Source: Octopus vulgaris | Taxonomy: Eukaryota | Length of the DNA: 64,000 nt | Assembly (NCBI GenBank): GCA_951406725.2 | Contig: OX597829.1 | Location: 52,514,001 to 52,578,000 of the forward strand | Reading direction: 5' to 3' | Part shown: piece by piece, positions 53,408 through 64,000 of the stretch | Position numbering within the stretch: position 1 is the stretch's first letter | Layout: each line of letters starts with the position of its first letter | Translations under genes and position numbers: made by a program | Notes under the pieces: generated by a model | Seen by the model: only the letters and a program-made list of their open reading frames with translations | The model's database searches: none | What the model was told of the DNA's origin: nothing

Positions 53408-55308
53408 TATAATGGTTCATTTTTATCAACTCTGACCCTACAGCCCTGTTTGGCATGTTGCATTTTTATACTAATGAGCTGATTAAGGGGCATTTTAAAT
53501 TTTTAAATTTCTGTACTTCTTAGTGGATGCTGCTCAATATTATTTTCATATTTTGGTGGTGCTTATTTTAGGCTTAATTGATAATTTCACTTTAAATTAA
53601 GAACCAAAAAGAAAGCATCCTAATATTCTTAGATGGTGTTATTGTTTGGTCTTTAGCCCTTTAATAGCAAAATAGTGGATTTGGTAGACAGAAACTGAAA
53701 GAAGCCCGTCATGTATCTGTGTTTGTCCCCCCCACCATCACTTGGTGTGTCCCCATAACTTAGTGGTTTGTCAAAAAAGACCAATAAGATAAGTACTAGG
53801 CTTACAAAGAATAAGTCCTAGGGTCAATTTGTGTGACTAAAGGTGGTGCTCCAGCATGGCCATGATCAAATGGCTGAAACAAGTAAAAGATAAGGGTAAT
53901 GGCTCTTTAAATCCAAGGAAATTTAGGTGACTGATATTAAATGTCAATCTTTTTTTACAATCCAGAATTGGTAAAAGGAGATTATTGGAGCTTTTTGAGA
54001 TACTTTTGTGCTTCCCACACACACAAGGAACCCCTGTATTTTATAAATTTCAGCTAGACAATTTTTTCTCTCCCTTTAGCAAATATATCCTCATCAACTT
54101 CTGCTAATTATCGTTATGTTCTCTCTATTTAATCCTGACATTCTGTTTGTTAGTAAGGTTAACACTTTCTATATTTGTTTTGCTTGCAGTTTCACTTTTG
54201 CCTCACATTTACGTTTCTGTAATTGTCTTCGGTCACCGAGTCGGTGTGTAAACTCTTATTCTCTGAGAACTGCCAAATCCAATGGCTTAATTATATTTCC
54301 ACCCACCCCCAAACTAAATTTGTTTTCTATTTACCTTAACTCTTCCTCTCTATTCAAAATAGCAGAAGCATGTTTTCTTTTTACAGTTTACTCAGGGAGT
54401 GAGCTGTATCCATGACGTTGATAAGACTTCTGAGAAGGGGTGTGGGGAATTTTGGCAAAGCTGTTCTGGTGCCGTTTATTTTGGCGTCGCTGATTCCATG
54501 ATACTTATTTCAACATCAGATGTTTTAATGTTTCTCTTGTTCTCTTCCTCTCCCCTCCTGTCCCATCACTTCCTTTCTTTCTATCTTACTCACATTTAGA
54601 TACAGTCATGTGTGTGTGTGTGTAACAGCAGTAGCACCCAAAGAATGAGTTGTCTTCCTTTGAATCATACGATTGTATGTCTTGCACCTTGCTAAAAACA
54701 AAAAGAAAAGAAAACCGTGTTTTAACTGACTGTACTAATTGCCACCCTTCCAACATAAAGATAATGAGACTAATGATTAACAGTTTTATTCTCCAGTAAC
54801 ATTATCTTTGTATCTTTGACAATTATTTTCACAGGTCAATGCTATTCTTGCAGTTACTCATAAATTGTGGCTCCTGCATTCTGGGTTCAAATTCTGTTAA
54901 GGGTTAACTTCTCCTTACATCCTTCTGGCATTAATAAAATGCAGTACCATTCAAGTACTACATATGGTGGCATCAACTGACCACCGTCCCTCAAAATGGC
55001 TGGCTTTGTATCTACATTAGACAGCAGTTCAGGTAATAATATCGTCCATAGAAGAAGAGATACCATAATGGAAGTGTCTTGCTCTGTTAACAATGTCTGG
55101 CAACAGAGGTGACTCACTATCTATAAAAATCCAAAGCACATCTCACAATATCACAGAAGCCATTATGAAAGGGCAGCAGAGTGGCAGAAATGGAGAAGAT
55201 GCTGGAACTAAATATCGTACATTATTTGGTTATGCTACTTCTTCATGTTGTGAGTTCAAATATGACTAGAGTTGAGCTTCAACGTTCTTTCACTGGCATT
55301 AATAAAAT

Positions 55309-55715
55309 GAGGTGGCGAGCTGGCAGAAACGTTAACACGCCGGGCGAAATGCTTAGCGGTATTTCGTCTGTCTTTACGTTCTGAGTTCAAATTCCGCCGA
55401 GGTCAACTTTGCCTTTCATCCTTTCGGGGTTGATTAAATAAGTACCAGTTATGCACTGGGGTCAATATAATTGACTTAATCCATTTGTCTATCCTTGTTT
55501 GTCCTGTCTGTGTTTAGCCTTTTGTGGGTAGTAAAGAAATAGGTATTTCATCTGTCTTTACGTTCTGAGTTCAAATTTCGCTGAGGTCAACTTTGCCTTT
55601 CGCCCTTTCGCCCTTTCGGTGTCGATAAATTAAGTACCAGTTGCGTACCGGGGTTGATCTAATCGACTGGCCCCCTCCCCCCAAATTTCGGGTCTTGTGC
55701 CTAGAGGAGAAAAGA
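55309..55715 (+). mobile_element. Dimeric or nested family C SINE with two different 3' tails
   Basis: The first unit ends ttgtgggtagtaaagaaata. The second restarts at ggtatttcatctg (55542) and ends cttgtgcctagaggagaaaag. Older copies at ~15145-15300, 21185-21420, 25745-25920, 33308-33470, 34640-34810 and 42375-42580. Confidence 0.85.
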
Positions 55716-56361
55716 TTAATAGAATATTTACTAGTGGTTTACCAGAATAGGTTCTCTTGAGTAAATTCTTGCTTACAATGTGTAAACCTAGTGCCAATGT
55801 ATGGAATTGTTAACTATTGAATTAAAAAAATGTGTAATTAAACATCTACTTTTATTATTATTGTTATTTCTGAAGAATATGGCATTTTACTGGTGTTTTT
55901 TTTAATTAATGACAATTAAATGAACACCAACAAAATTCAATTCCTTTTTTTACCTCCTTTTCCTTTGCCTCCTTTACCTTCTTCTCCTTCACCTTCTTCA
56001 CCTGTGCATTCTTTGCCTTCTTCCTCCTCCTCTTTCTTCTCTCTTTCTTAACCACATGTTTTTTTTAATTTGGCATTCTGCCCACTGATAATGGTTGTTC
56101 TCAGATTTTCACTTCAAATTTGGATCAGATAATTTACTGACGTGTCATGATACCAAAATGCATATATAAATTTCAAAGAACTACCAATCAGTTTTATGAT
56201 TCATGAGTAAATACCAGTTTAAAAGATGTCTCTTCTTTGGGTAAAATCACTACAGTGTACAATGCCACAATTGTCTTTGGGAAAATTTCAATCTTTCCAT
56301 GCACAAAAAAAAAAAAAAAAAAAAAAAAAACTTGGATTTGTGAGGTTTGGTTCTGTTGTTA

Positions 56362-56660
56362 AGAAATGTTCTGAGAGCAGCACTTAACATCAAATGGCAG
56401 TACCATTTAACAAACCAGGTTTTTGATGGTAATCTTGTAAGAGTTACTTCCATCATAAAGGAAAGAAGTATGGGATTCTGCAGATGCTGATTTTGTAGCA
56501 AGGATGAAACAGCGGGTGAAATGCTGGTGTGGGAACCAACACACAGAATGCAATCTAAGGGGTCGTCCTGTCAGGATATTTATTGGTTGAAGACTTTGTC
56601 CTACTGAAGTGTGCCCTACAAAAAGCAATGCTGGCGAAGGAGACTAGTAAGTTGGTGGTG
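56362..56660 (+). mobile_element. Degenerate RTE/RTE-X LINE ORF 3' fragment
   Basis: Translates to LRAALNIKWQYHLTNQVFDGNLVRVTSIIKERSMGFCRC*FCSKDETAGEMLVWEPTH...KGRPVR, matching the RTE post-RT motifs (LR..LNI.W..H.TN, L.W.P.HG...GRP). Confidence 0.7.
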
Positions 56661-56989
56661 TTCATTTGTGAACGATGCAATTATGATTAAAAAATAGTTC
56701 AGCGCCAAACAACGGTTGACTCTCATCATCATTTTAACATCCACTTCCCATGTTTGCACAGGTCAGATGGTATTTATTATTGAATCAGATTTTCTATGGC
56801 TAGATGCCTTTGCAGTTGCCAACCCTCACTTATTTCCAAGTAAGCTAATACTTCCCCATGGCCACATATGTTTTTACAGAATATTGGAAATGAATGACAT
56901 ATTGCTTGTATGACACTCATTTACAATTATCATAACTATCGTGTGATGTCAAGCATGTGTGTGTGTGTATGTGCGTGCGTGTGTATCAA

Positions 56990-57320
56990 GTTCATCGTTT
57001 AACATCTGCTTTCCATGCTGGCATGGGTTGGATGGTTTGACTGAGGACTGGCAAGTCAAGAGGCTGCACCAGACTCCAATCTGATCTGGTAAAGTTTCTA
57101 CAGCTGGATGCCTTTCCTAATGCCAACTATTCCAAGAGTATAGCATGTGTTTTTTACGTGCCACCTGTATGGGAGGCCAATCAGGTGGCACTAACATCAA
57201 CCACACAAAAATGTGCTTTTTACATGCCACCAGTATGGGTGCCAGTCCAGCAGCACTAGTATTGACCACGCTGAAATGGTGCTTTTTACATGCCACTGGT
57301 ATGGGTGCCAATCAGGCAAG
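56990..57320 (-). mobile_element. Family B retroposon
   Basis: Reverse complement with three internal units. Confidence 0.8.
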
Positions 57321-58495
57321 CTCAAGATAATATATAAGGAAAAACAAACTAAAGGAAAAACTTAAATGTAGAGCCCTAGCATGGCCACGATCTAACCACT
57401 TGCCATAAGCACCAGGCATCATAATTTTCTTTGCATGAAATAATGTTGTTCAAATGTAAAGAATCCTTAGAGCTTGTCTCCAAGCTTTCAATTCTGACAT
57501 TTTCCTTCTCAGAAGAATGGAGTTTTTGCATCAAGAATTATTGTTGCTTAACCTGAGTTACCTGAAATCTAATTTAGCAGACTTAAGATCAAAAACATTT
57601 CAAATGTGACTCTATCATTCTTTTTATTCAGGCAGAGTAGATTCAAATAGATATTATCCAAAATATTGTTCACTCTTTAAGAAGGTAAGATGTGATATAA
57701 GTGGTTTTGGCTGCTGCTATTTCTAGCAGAGTGAGTGACTATATAGAGGGTACCTTGTTGGTTCCTCATCACTTGTGGTTTTGCAACACATCAAGCTGCA
57801 ATCTTTTAAATTCCATTTTTATTAATTGAGTTAATTAATTAATTTTTATTTTTAAATCTTATCTTTGAGTTACGGCTTATGCCCTTTTTTGGATACGACA
57901 AAATAGGCGTGAAACAAAATTACAAATAAGAATTAAGAAATTAATAAGAATGAGACCTTATAGTTTAACTTGATATTTTTTAGTGTATATTTTTTCAGAT
58001 GGTTTCAAAGAAGAATTTTTTTGATTTAAATTTAGATAAGTATAGATCTAAAAATTAGATTTACATGATGTAATGAAAAAAAAAGGGTTAAATTAGTCAA
58101 CAAGTCATTCATTATTTTAAGAAATTACTGTGTTTTCCATTAAAATAAATCTGTTTTACTATTATCTTCTTTAATCATAAACTAAATAAACCTGAGTTTA
58201 TATAGTCATGGTTTGTCTATGTTTCTTTATCATGAAAGCACATGGCTAAGTGTTTTGGGTATTCAGCTCGAGATCATAACATCACTAGTTCAAATACTTT
58301 GTAGCACATTGAGTTCTTGAGCAAGACTCTTTATTTCACATTGCTCCAGTCCACTTAGCTGGCAAAAATGAGTTGTGCTTGTAATTCAAAGGGCCAGCCT
58401 TGTGACACTCTGTGTCACACTGAATCTCCTTGAGAACTATATTAAGGGTACATTATTTACATTTGATGGATATTTGTCCTCATCTTGTTTGTTGT

Positions 58496-58542
58496 TAATA
58501 CAATGTTTCGGCTGATATACCCTCCAGCCTTCATCAGGTGTC
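58496..58542 (-). ncRNA. Minimal type I hammerhead ribozyme-like motif (degenerate)
   Basis: Minus strand reads GACAC-CUGAUGA-A-GGCUG[GAGGGUAUAU]CAGCC-GAAA-CAUU-GUAUU. The CUGANGA and GAAA cores and stem II are intact; stem III is very short. Confidence 0.65.
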
Positions 58543-58768
58543 TTGGGGAAATTTCAGACCTGGGTTCTCATTCCTAAGGTATTTTTCAATGTTATTATTA
58601 TTATTATTATTATTATTCAAGTCATAGGCTTATGGCAGAGTAGTTAAGAGTCGGGCTACTAACCCCAAGATTCCGAGTTCGATTCCAGGCAGTGACCTGA
58701 ATAATAATAATAATAATAACATTGAAAAATAGCTTAGGAATGAGAACCCAGGTTTGAAATTTCCCCAA

Positions 58769-58814
58769 GACACCTGATGAAAGCTGGAGGGTATATCAGC
58801 CAAAACATTGTGTT
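58769..58814 (+). ncRNA. Second hammerhead-like motif, with GAAA mutated to AAAA
   Basis: Reads GACAC-CUGAUGA-AAGCUG[GAGGGUAUAU]CAGCC-AAAA-CAUU-GUGUU. Stem I pairs GACAC with GUGUU. Confidence 0.55.
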
Positions 58815-59245
58815 AACAAAAAAAGATGAGGACAAATATCCGTCTAATGTAAATAATGTAAATAATGTGCATAATTCCTCATCTCTTAAATATAGAACTG
58901 TACTTTAATGGTACATGTGTTGGTGGAGTACTCAGCCATTTGCATGTTAATTTCATGAGCAGGTTGTTCCATTGATCAAATCAACTTGTTGCCATAACCA
59001 ATGGAGTACCAGTAAAATGTTTATCTATAATCCTATCATACAACTAAATATTACCTTATAAATAAAATATTAAAACTGAATAAAGATGATTTCTTTTTTT
59101 ATGCTACTAGAAAGTTTTTGTAAGGGTTAAAGAATTATATTTAAGACTAGTAGAAGTACCCATTGATACCTGGGTACTGTATCAATGTAACGTAAGACAC
59201 TGGTGTTTTGAGAGTTTCTTACACATCTGGTTAGTCTTGCTCATT

Positions 59246-59526
59246 TGTTTGTTTGTTCCTTCTTGAGCCATACCTGGGTCATATGGGCCAGTTTCCTTGG
59301 CGTATAGGTTCCCCACCTGGACGGGACGCCGGTCCATCGCAGGTGAGCTGCAAGATGCAGTAGGAAAGAGTAAGAGAAAGTTGTGGCGAAAGAGTCAGCA
59401 GAGGTTCGCCATTACCTTCTGCTGGAGCCACGTGGAACTTCGGTATTTCACTCATAAACACACACATCGCCCGGCCTGAGATTTGAACCCGTGATCCCTC
59501 GATCGTGAATCCGCTGCTCTAACCAC
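59246..59526 (-). mobile_element. Family E tRNA-derived SINE
   Basis: Minus-strand head gtggttagagc...gggttcaaatctc, (aaac)n tail, and perfect 13-bp TSD agtcttgctcatt (59233-59245, 59527-59539). Confidence 0.85.
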
Positions 59527-60526
59527 AGTCTTGCTCATTGATTCAGGCATATAATTTCATAACACTGCGTAACAAAATTTTACTTTTTCTTTCTTGTCTC
59601 TGGTCAGTAAGTGTTATCTCCTATTTGCTTCTGTTTAGAAATCAAAAGAAATGACTATTATTCTCTTCAAAATTTGCTCTTCTGACCTGGACATCAAAGT
59701 TCTGAACTGACCTATTTTCCTTTACACTTCAGACAGATTCAGCACTGAGTTGCTGAAGCAAAAATCTCATAGCAAATATTCTGCTCAATATCACAGATTC
59801 GCTTGTCAGTTGCTTGACCTTAAACCACTTAAGCGTGACCCTTAGTGGCTGACAGTATGTGGATCTTTGATGAGTAGGAGTAGCGGGAGAGAATCATAGC
59901 CACGTGTTGAGAGGGATTCTTTGGGGGTTGAATAAATGCAACAAAAGCAAAGTTTGAAGGAAACATTAGCCATTTTTCATAATTTCTTGGAGTGAGTAAA
60001 TAGGATATAACAGTTGCTACCCAAGGGCAAAAATTGTGTTACACTTTGTAAGATGAGAGAGTGATGTTTCAGGGATAGTTGGCTGCTATTTCTAGCATTT
60101 TGTGATATCAGGTACAAGCTGCCTTGGTTAATATATACCTAATATAGTTGGGTGTGGTTACTTATTTCATTGCTTGTAGGTGTGTCATTTGTTGCCTCAT
60201 ACATGCATAAACTAATAGTGTCATTTGACTTGGCTGCTATATCTATCAAGTTGAAATATATAGTGGTACCTCATTGGTTGATACAAGATATATACATACA
60301 TAAGGCAATCAGAAAAGCAGCCAACTTTTAATCACACCTATCAGATCTAGCAATGATGTAGAGGTCTCCTTTGATGGGTCAAACATACTTATGTGCACAC
60401 ACAAGACAGTAATGTGTGGTTTGAGGTGAGAAATAGCTGCTATTTCTACATAATGGAAGTCTTATGTTGATTGGTATCAAAAGGGTTAAACTTGATGTAT
60501 ATGCTATATGCATGTATATTTGATGT

Positions 60527-61160
60527 ATACTGTAAAAGCCCATGTAATTTGCGCACCTGTGTAATTTACGCACATGATTTTGTTAAAAAAAAGCTTCTAG
60601 TCATGTAAAATTTGCACCCAAAAGTTTTCAGAATTGCCTATATGGCCATATATATTTTGTTGCCCACAAGAGATTATGTCCAATCTTTAGCATATTACTG
60701 TATATCTTCTCAAATCGTGGTCACAGGAAAAGTTGCTGATAAGAATTACCAACAAAAACAAAGCTGATAAATACACACAGGTGTTGCAAATTAAGTTTAA
60801 TTACCAATAAACATCAGCTTGGATGACACTTTACTCAACTGACAGAGGAAGGTGACCGATCAGATTGATTATGTAAACAGAATTCTTTTCTGCCTATTCT
60901 TGTCAGAACCTTTGATACAGAGTATTGAAGTTTTAATCCCTTTCATGTTTATAAAATGTCAAGCAAACTTAAAAATTTGTCATTACCATTATTGCCAGGT
61001 ATGGGCAGAACTCATGCAAAGGAAGAATTAAATATGTTGAATGTGCCTTTGAATGTGGCAATAGAGCCACTGGAAGGCATTTTAATGTTAAGGAAGCCAA
61101 TGTTCAAAATAGGTGTAAACAGTATGACAAACTTAAAACTGTGCCTAGTAATAAACAGGT
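60527..61160 (+). mobile_element. pogo/Tigger-like transposon 5' remnant with a Brinker-type DNA-binding domain
   Basis: TIR-like tactgtaaaagcccatgtaatttgcgcacc at ~60527. 61030-61158 encodes KYVECAFECGNRATGRHFNVKEANVQNRCKQYDKL (GNRAA.R.F.V.E..VR.WRKQ pattern), one frameshift away from upstream AKEEL. Confidence 0.6.
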
Positions 61161-62737
61161 AAAAATAAAATAATACATTCAAGATTATCCATATCATTGC
61201 ATTTTTTTCAGTCTGGAATATCCATATCACTGTGTATGTCAATGGCACTCCATTGCGATAGGTAGAAACTCCAAGCGATGTAAAATATGGCCTGGACCAT
61301 GTTTACTAGCTTGAACATCAGACTTTGAAGAGTAGTTGACCATTAAACGGTTTTAGTAAATTTATACAGAAAAATTAAGCATTACACCATCCTAGATAAG
61401 TAAGCCAACTTCATTATGTGTATTTAAACCATTATTTGTTTCTGTAAAAACCTCTTTGGACATTAACTTTTGAGTCAACAAAGAAGAAATTTCAAAAAAA
61501 AATTTCTGGAAATGATCTACTCATGTAATGTATACACTCACTAAAGTTTAATTTTATTTTTGCATGAAAAGTGCATAAATTACATCAGTTTTTATGGTAT
61601 TGTATTGCCATGATTTGTTTTGTTGTACAAAAACTTACGCAAGGTTTTTGTACAACAATTGTGTTAAGCTCAATGTATGTTTGATCTAGTTACAAACTAA
61701 TATTTAAAAGAACTGCAAGTCTCTCTCTCTCAGTTGCAATCAGCTTTGACAATTGAGGATTTTACACAGTAATTAGTTAGTTTACAGAAATAATTGATGA
61801 GAAGCAGAAAGTCAACTGCATTGAATAATTTTGATTTGATTGAAGTGTTCTCAAAATATTGATATTTTAAACTTTAAGATGTCCTCATAATCAAATGGGG
61901 CTTAATGGCATGATTCTTGCCATACAATGATGATGCCTACTTTAGGTGATTAGAAAACATCCATGTTACAGAGCAGCTCTTTAGGTGAATAGAAATTTAA
62001 ACGAAATGTGTTCCTTTCTTTTGCATCTCTTACCAAGAGGAAGATATGTTAAGCACTCACAGGCACATTTGTTATAATTGGGAAAAAATGATAGAAAGAA
62101 ATAAGGTAGCTCATGTAATGAAGGAGATTATCAAAAAGAACATGTTAAATTAAGGATTTAACATAGTTTTGGATGAATGAAGGTTTGATACACAATTTTT
62201 TTTTTTTTAAATAGTAATTTTTGTGTGAATAATATTTCTGTGGTGGAGGGTTAATTTATTTGTTCACAAGAATGTTTGTATGTGAACCTAATTTCTTTTG
62301 AGAGTGAAGCTTTTCTATCAAAGGCCAAATAAATTAGGAAACAAAGGAGCAAAAGGACACTATGGGAATAATTGAAAGAACCTAAAGGAAAGAAAAAAGA
62401 AAAAAATCAGCCTAAAAATCCTGCATACTGACAGGAGCTAGAAGGGAAAAGAAAGGAAAGTTGTTTATCAGTGTCGGTCTGTATTGTCAGTAAGATTATA
62501 AAAATCTTCTGGAGTACATGTACTTTCAAAATTTATTTCTGACTTCAGCATAAGAATGCAGATATTTTATATTTTTCTGGCCCCGATACATTCCTTGCTT
62601 TGTTAACTTCTGGAGGGTGAAAAGCAAAGTTCAATCCAAGGGAATTTGAACTCAGTGTCAAGGAATGTAAGTGAATGCTTTCAAAGTATTTAATTTGTCA
62701 CTCTATCAGTGCCATGCAAAGACTTTTAATATTGGTT

Positions 62738-62955
62738 TTAACCCTTTAGTGTTGAAACCGGCTAAAATATTCTACCTATTTTTTGTTCAAACTAGTCAGA
62801 TACGGTCATTCATAGCTATCTTATTGTGTCATTTTAAAAATAAACAATCACATCATTGAAATCTCAAAGCCATGAAATGATGCAAGATTAATTTTACATG
62901 GTGTGAATACATAAGCTTTACATTTGACAGAATAATCTGAATGCTAAAGGTGTTA
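62738..62955. mobile_element. M2 MITE
   Basis: ttaaccctttagtg...aatgctaaaggtgttaa. Confidence 0.6.
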
Positions 62956-63438
62956 AAGGCCAGCAGTTTTAGGGGAAAGAGGATAGCTGATTATATCAAC
63001 CCCAGAATTTAACTGGCACTTTATTTTATTGACCCCAAAAGGATGAAAGGCTAAATTGGCCTCAGTGCTGGGTCTAATTTCTATAAAAAATCTGAAGAGA
63101 TAACTTTAAAAAGTGACTGAATTGCACTGCTAACACAGATGGGACATAGTATTGATTTATGAACCTTTAATATGCTTGGTTGCATAACAAAATACAGTGT
63201 TTCTACCAGTAATTAATTAAACTGATTATGTTGAATTGGCCTTGCATATACTTTTCTTGCCATCATTTCATTATATGGTACTCTGTACTTTATCAACTTA
63301 AATTAAACATTTTTTTCACAATGTTTTTGTTTTTCTTGTTTCCTTCCCAACTAATTTTGACCTCTTGTTCGTATTCCTTCAAGATAATGGCTTTTTGTTT
63401 TGTGCTTCATAGTTATTTGTATTAATTATCCCGTTATA

Positions 63439-64000
63439 GGTGCAAGTGTGGCTGTGTGGTTAAGAGCCTTGCTTCCCAACCATGTGGTCTTGGGTTCAAT
63501 CCCACTGTATGTCAGTTTGGGCAAATGTTTTCTTTGATTAGCCCCAAGCCAATCAAAGCCTTCTGAGTAGATTTCTTCTGACTGAAAGAAGCCTGTGCGT
63601 GTGTGCGTGCGTGTGCGTGTATGTGTGTGTGTGTGTCCTCTATTCTATTTGACAACTGGTGTTGGTTTGATTGTGTTTCTTTAACTTAGCAGTTCAGCAA
63701 AAGAAACAGATAGAATAAGTACCAGACTGGAGTTAATATGTTCAACTAAGCCCTTCAAGTGCTCCAGCTTGGCCCTGGTCTAGAGACTGAAGCAAGTAAA
63801 AGATAGAAAAAAGATACTCTTTACTGAATATTTATTTTTTGCATAAAGTCTCTCTTTGAAATTATTCTTGTATTTTTTGCTTGTCTTAGTCATTGTGGCC
63901 ATGCTGGGGCACTATGTTGAAGTGTTTTGTCAATGAAATTTACACCATTCCTTTTTTTTTTTAAGCCTAGTACTTTATTGGTCTTTTACCGAACTGCTAA
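63439..64000. mobile_element. Tail-to-tail family A SINEs (+ 63439-63813; - 63870 to window end)
   Basis: Head ggtgcaagtgtggctgtgtgg; the second copy is the reverse complement of the 3' end. Confidence 0.75.

Larger units (their letters stand above)
58453..58904 (+). mobile_element. Fold-back retroposon: tRNA-like head between ~170-bp inverted arms, each with a hammerhead-like motif (Penelope-like end)
   Basis: Left arm ~58450-58624 is the reverse complement of right arm ~58693-58859. The centre has A box TGGCAGAGTAG and B box GTTCGATTCC. Near-perfect 11-bp target-site duplication (TSD) ttaagggtaca/ttaatggtaca at 58442-58452 and 58905-58915. Confidence 0.8.
58236..59013 (+). mobile_element. 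Family D tRNA-derived SINE hosting the fold-back element
   Basis: Head cacatggctaagtg and core gagcaagact.tttatttcacattgctccagtccact.agctggcaaaa; sequence resumes after 58915. Related copies at ~4715-5020 (-), 39145-39385 (+) and 44562-44905 (-). Confidence 0.75.

Noticed and set aside
58627-58697. Functional tRNA gene
   Set aside because: The acceptor stem does not pair well, the apparent anticodon ACT is atypical for eukaryotes, and no T-run terminator follows. Treated as a SINE head.

Overview
This is AT-rich, repeat-saturated eukaryotic DNA, most likely from an octopus. That assignment is inference from the SINE families (recognised by eye), the microsatellite density and a mitochondrial fragment that reads in the invertebrate code. 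Almost all of the window looks intronic. The only host coding sequence I can support is one 90-nt phase-0/0 exon at 48544-48633 (+), encoding part of an FHA domain that matches CEP170. The rest is interspersed repeats: several SINE families (labelled A-E here), 3' fragments of RTE-type and L1/Tx1-type LINEs, mariner/Tc1/pogo remnants, TTAA MITEs, a non-autonomous Helitron, a Helentron-type element, a cytochrome b NUMT, and micro/minisatellites. The most unusual signals are (1) a fold-back retroposon at 58453-58904 with a tRNA-like Pol III head and a hammerhead-ribozyme motif in each inverted arm, plus other hammerhead-like motifs elsewhere, and (2) a Tx1-type LINE and a SINE that share a 3' tail and abut the same site in the SINE. 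Most ORFs in the supplied track are repeat artefacts. Repeat boundaries are approximate, and all family calls were made by eye without a database search.
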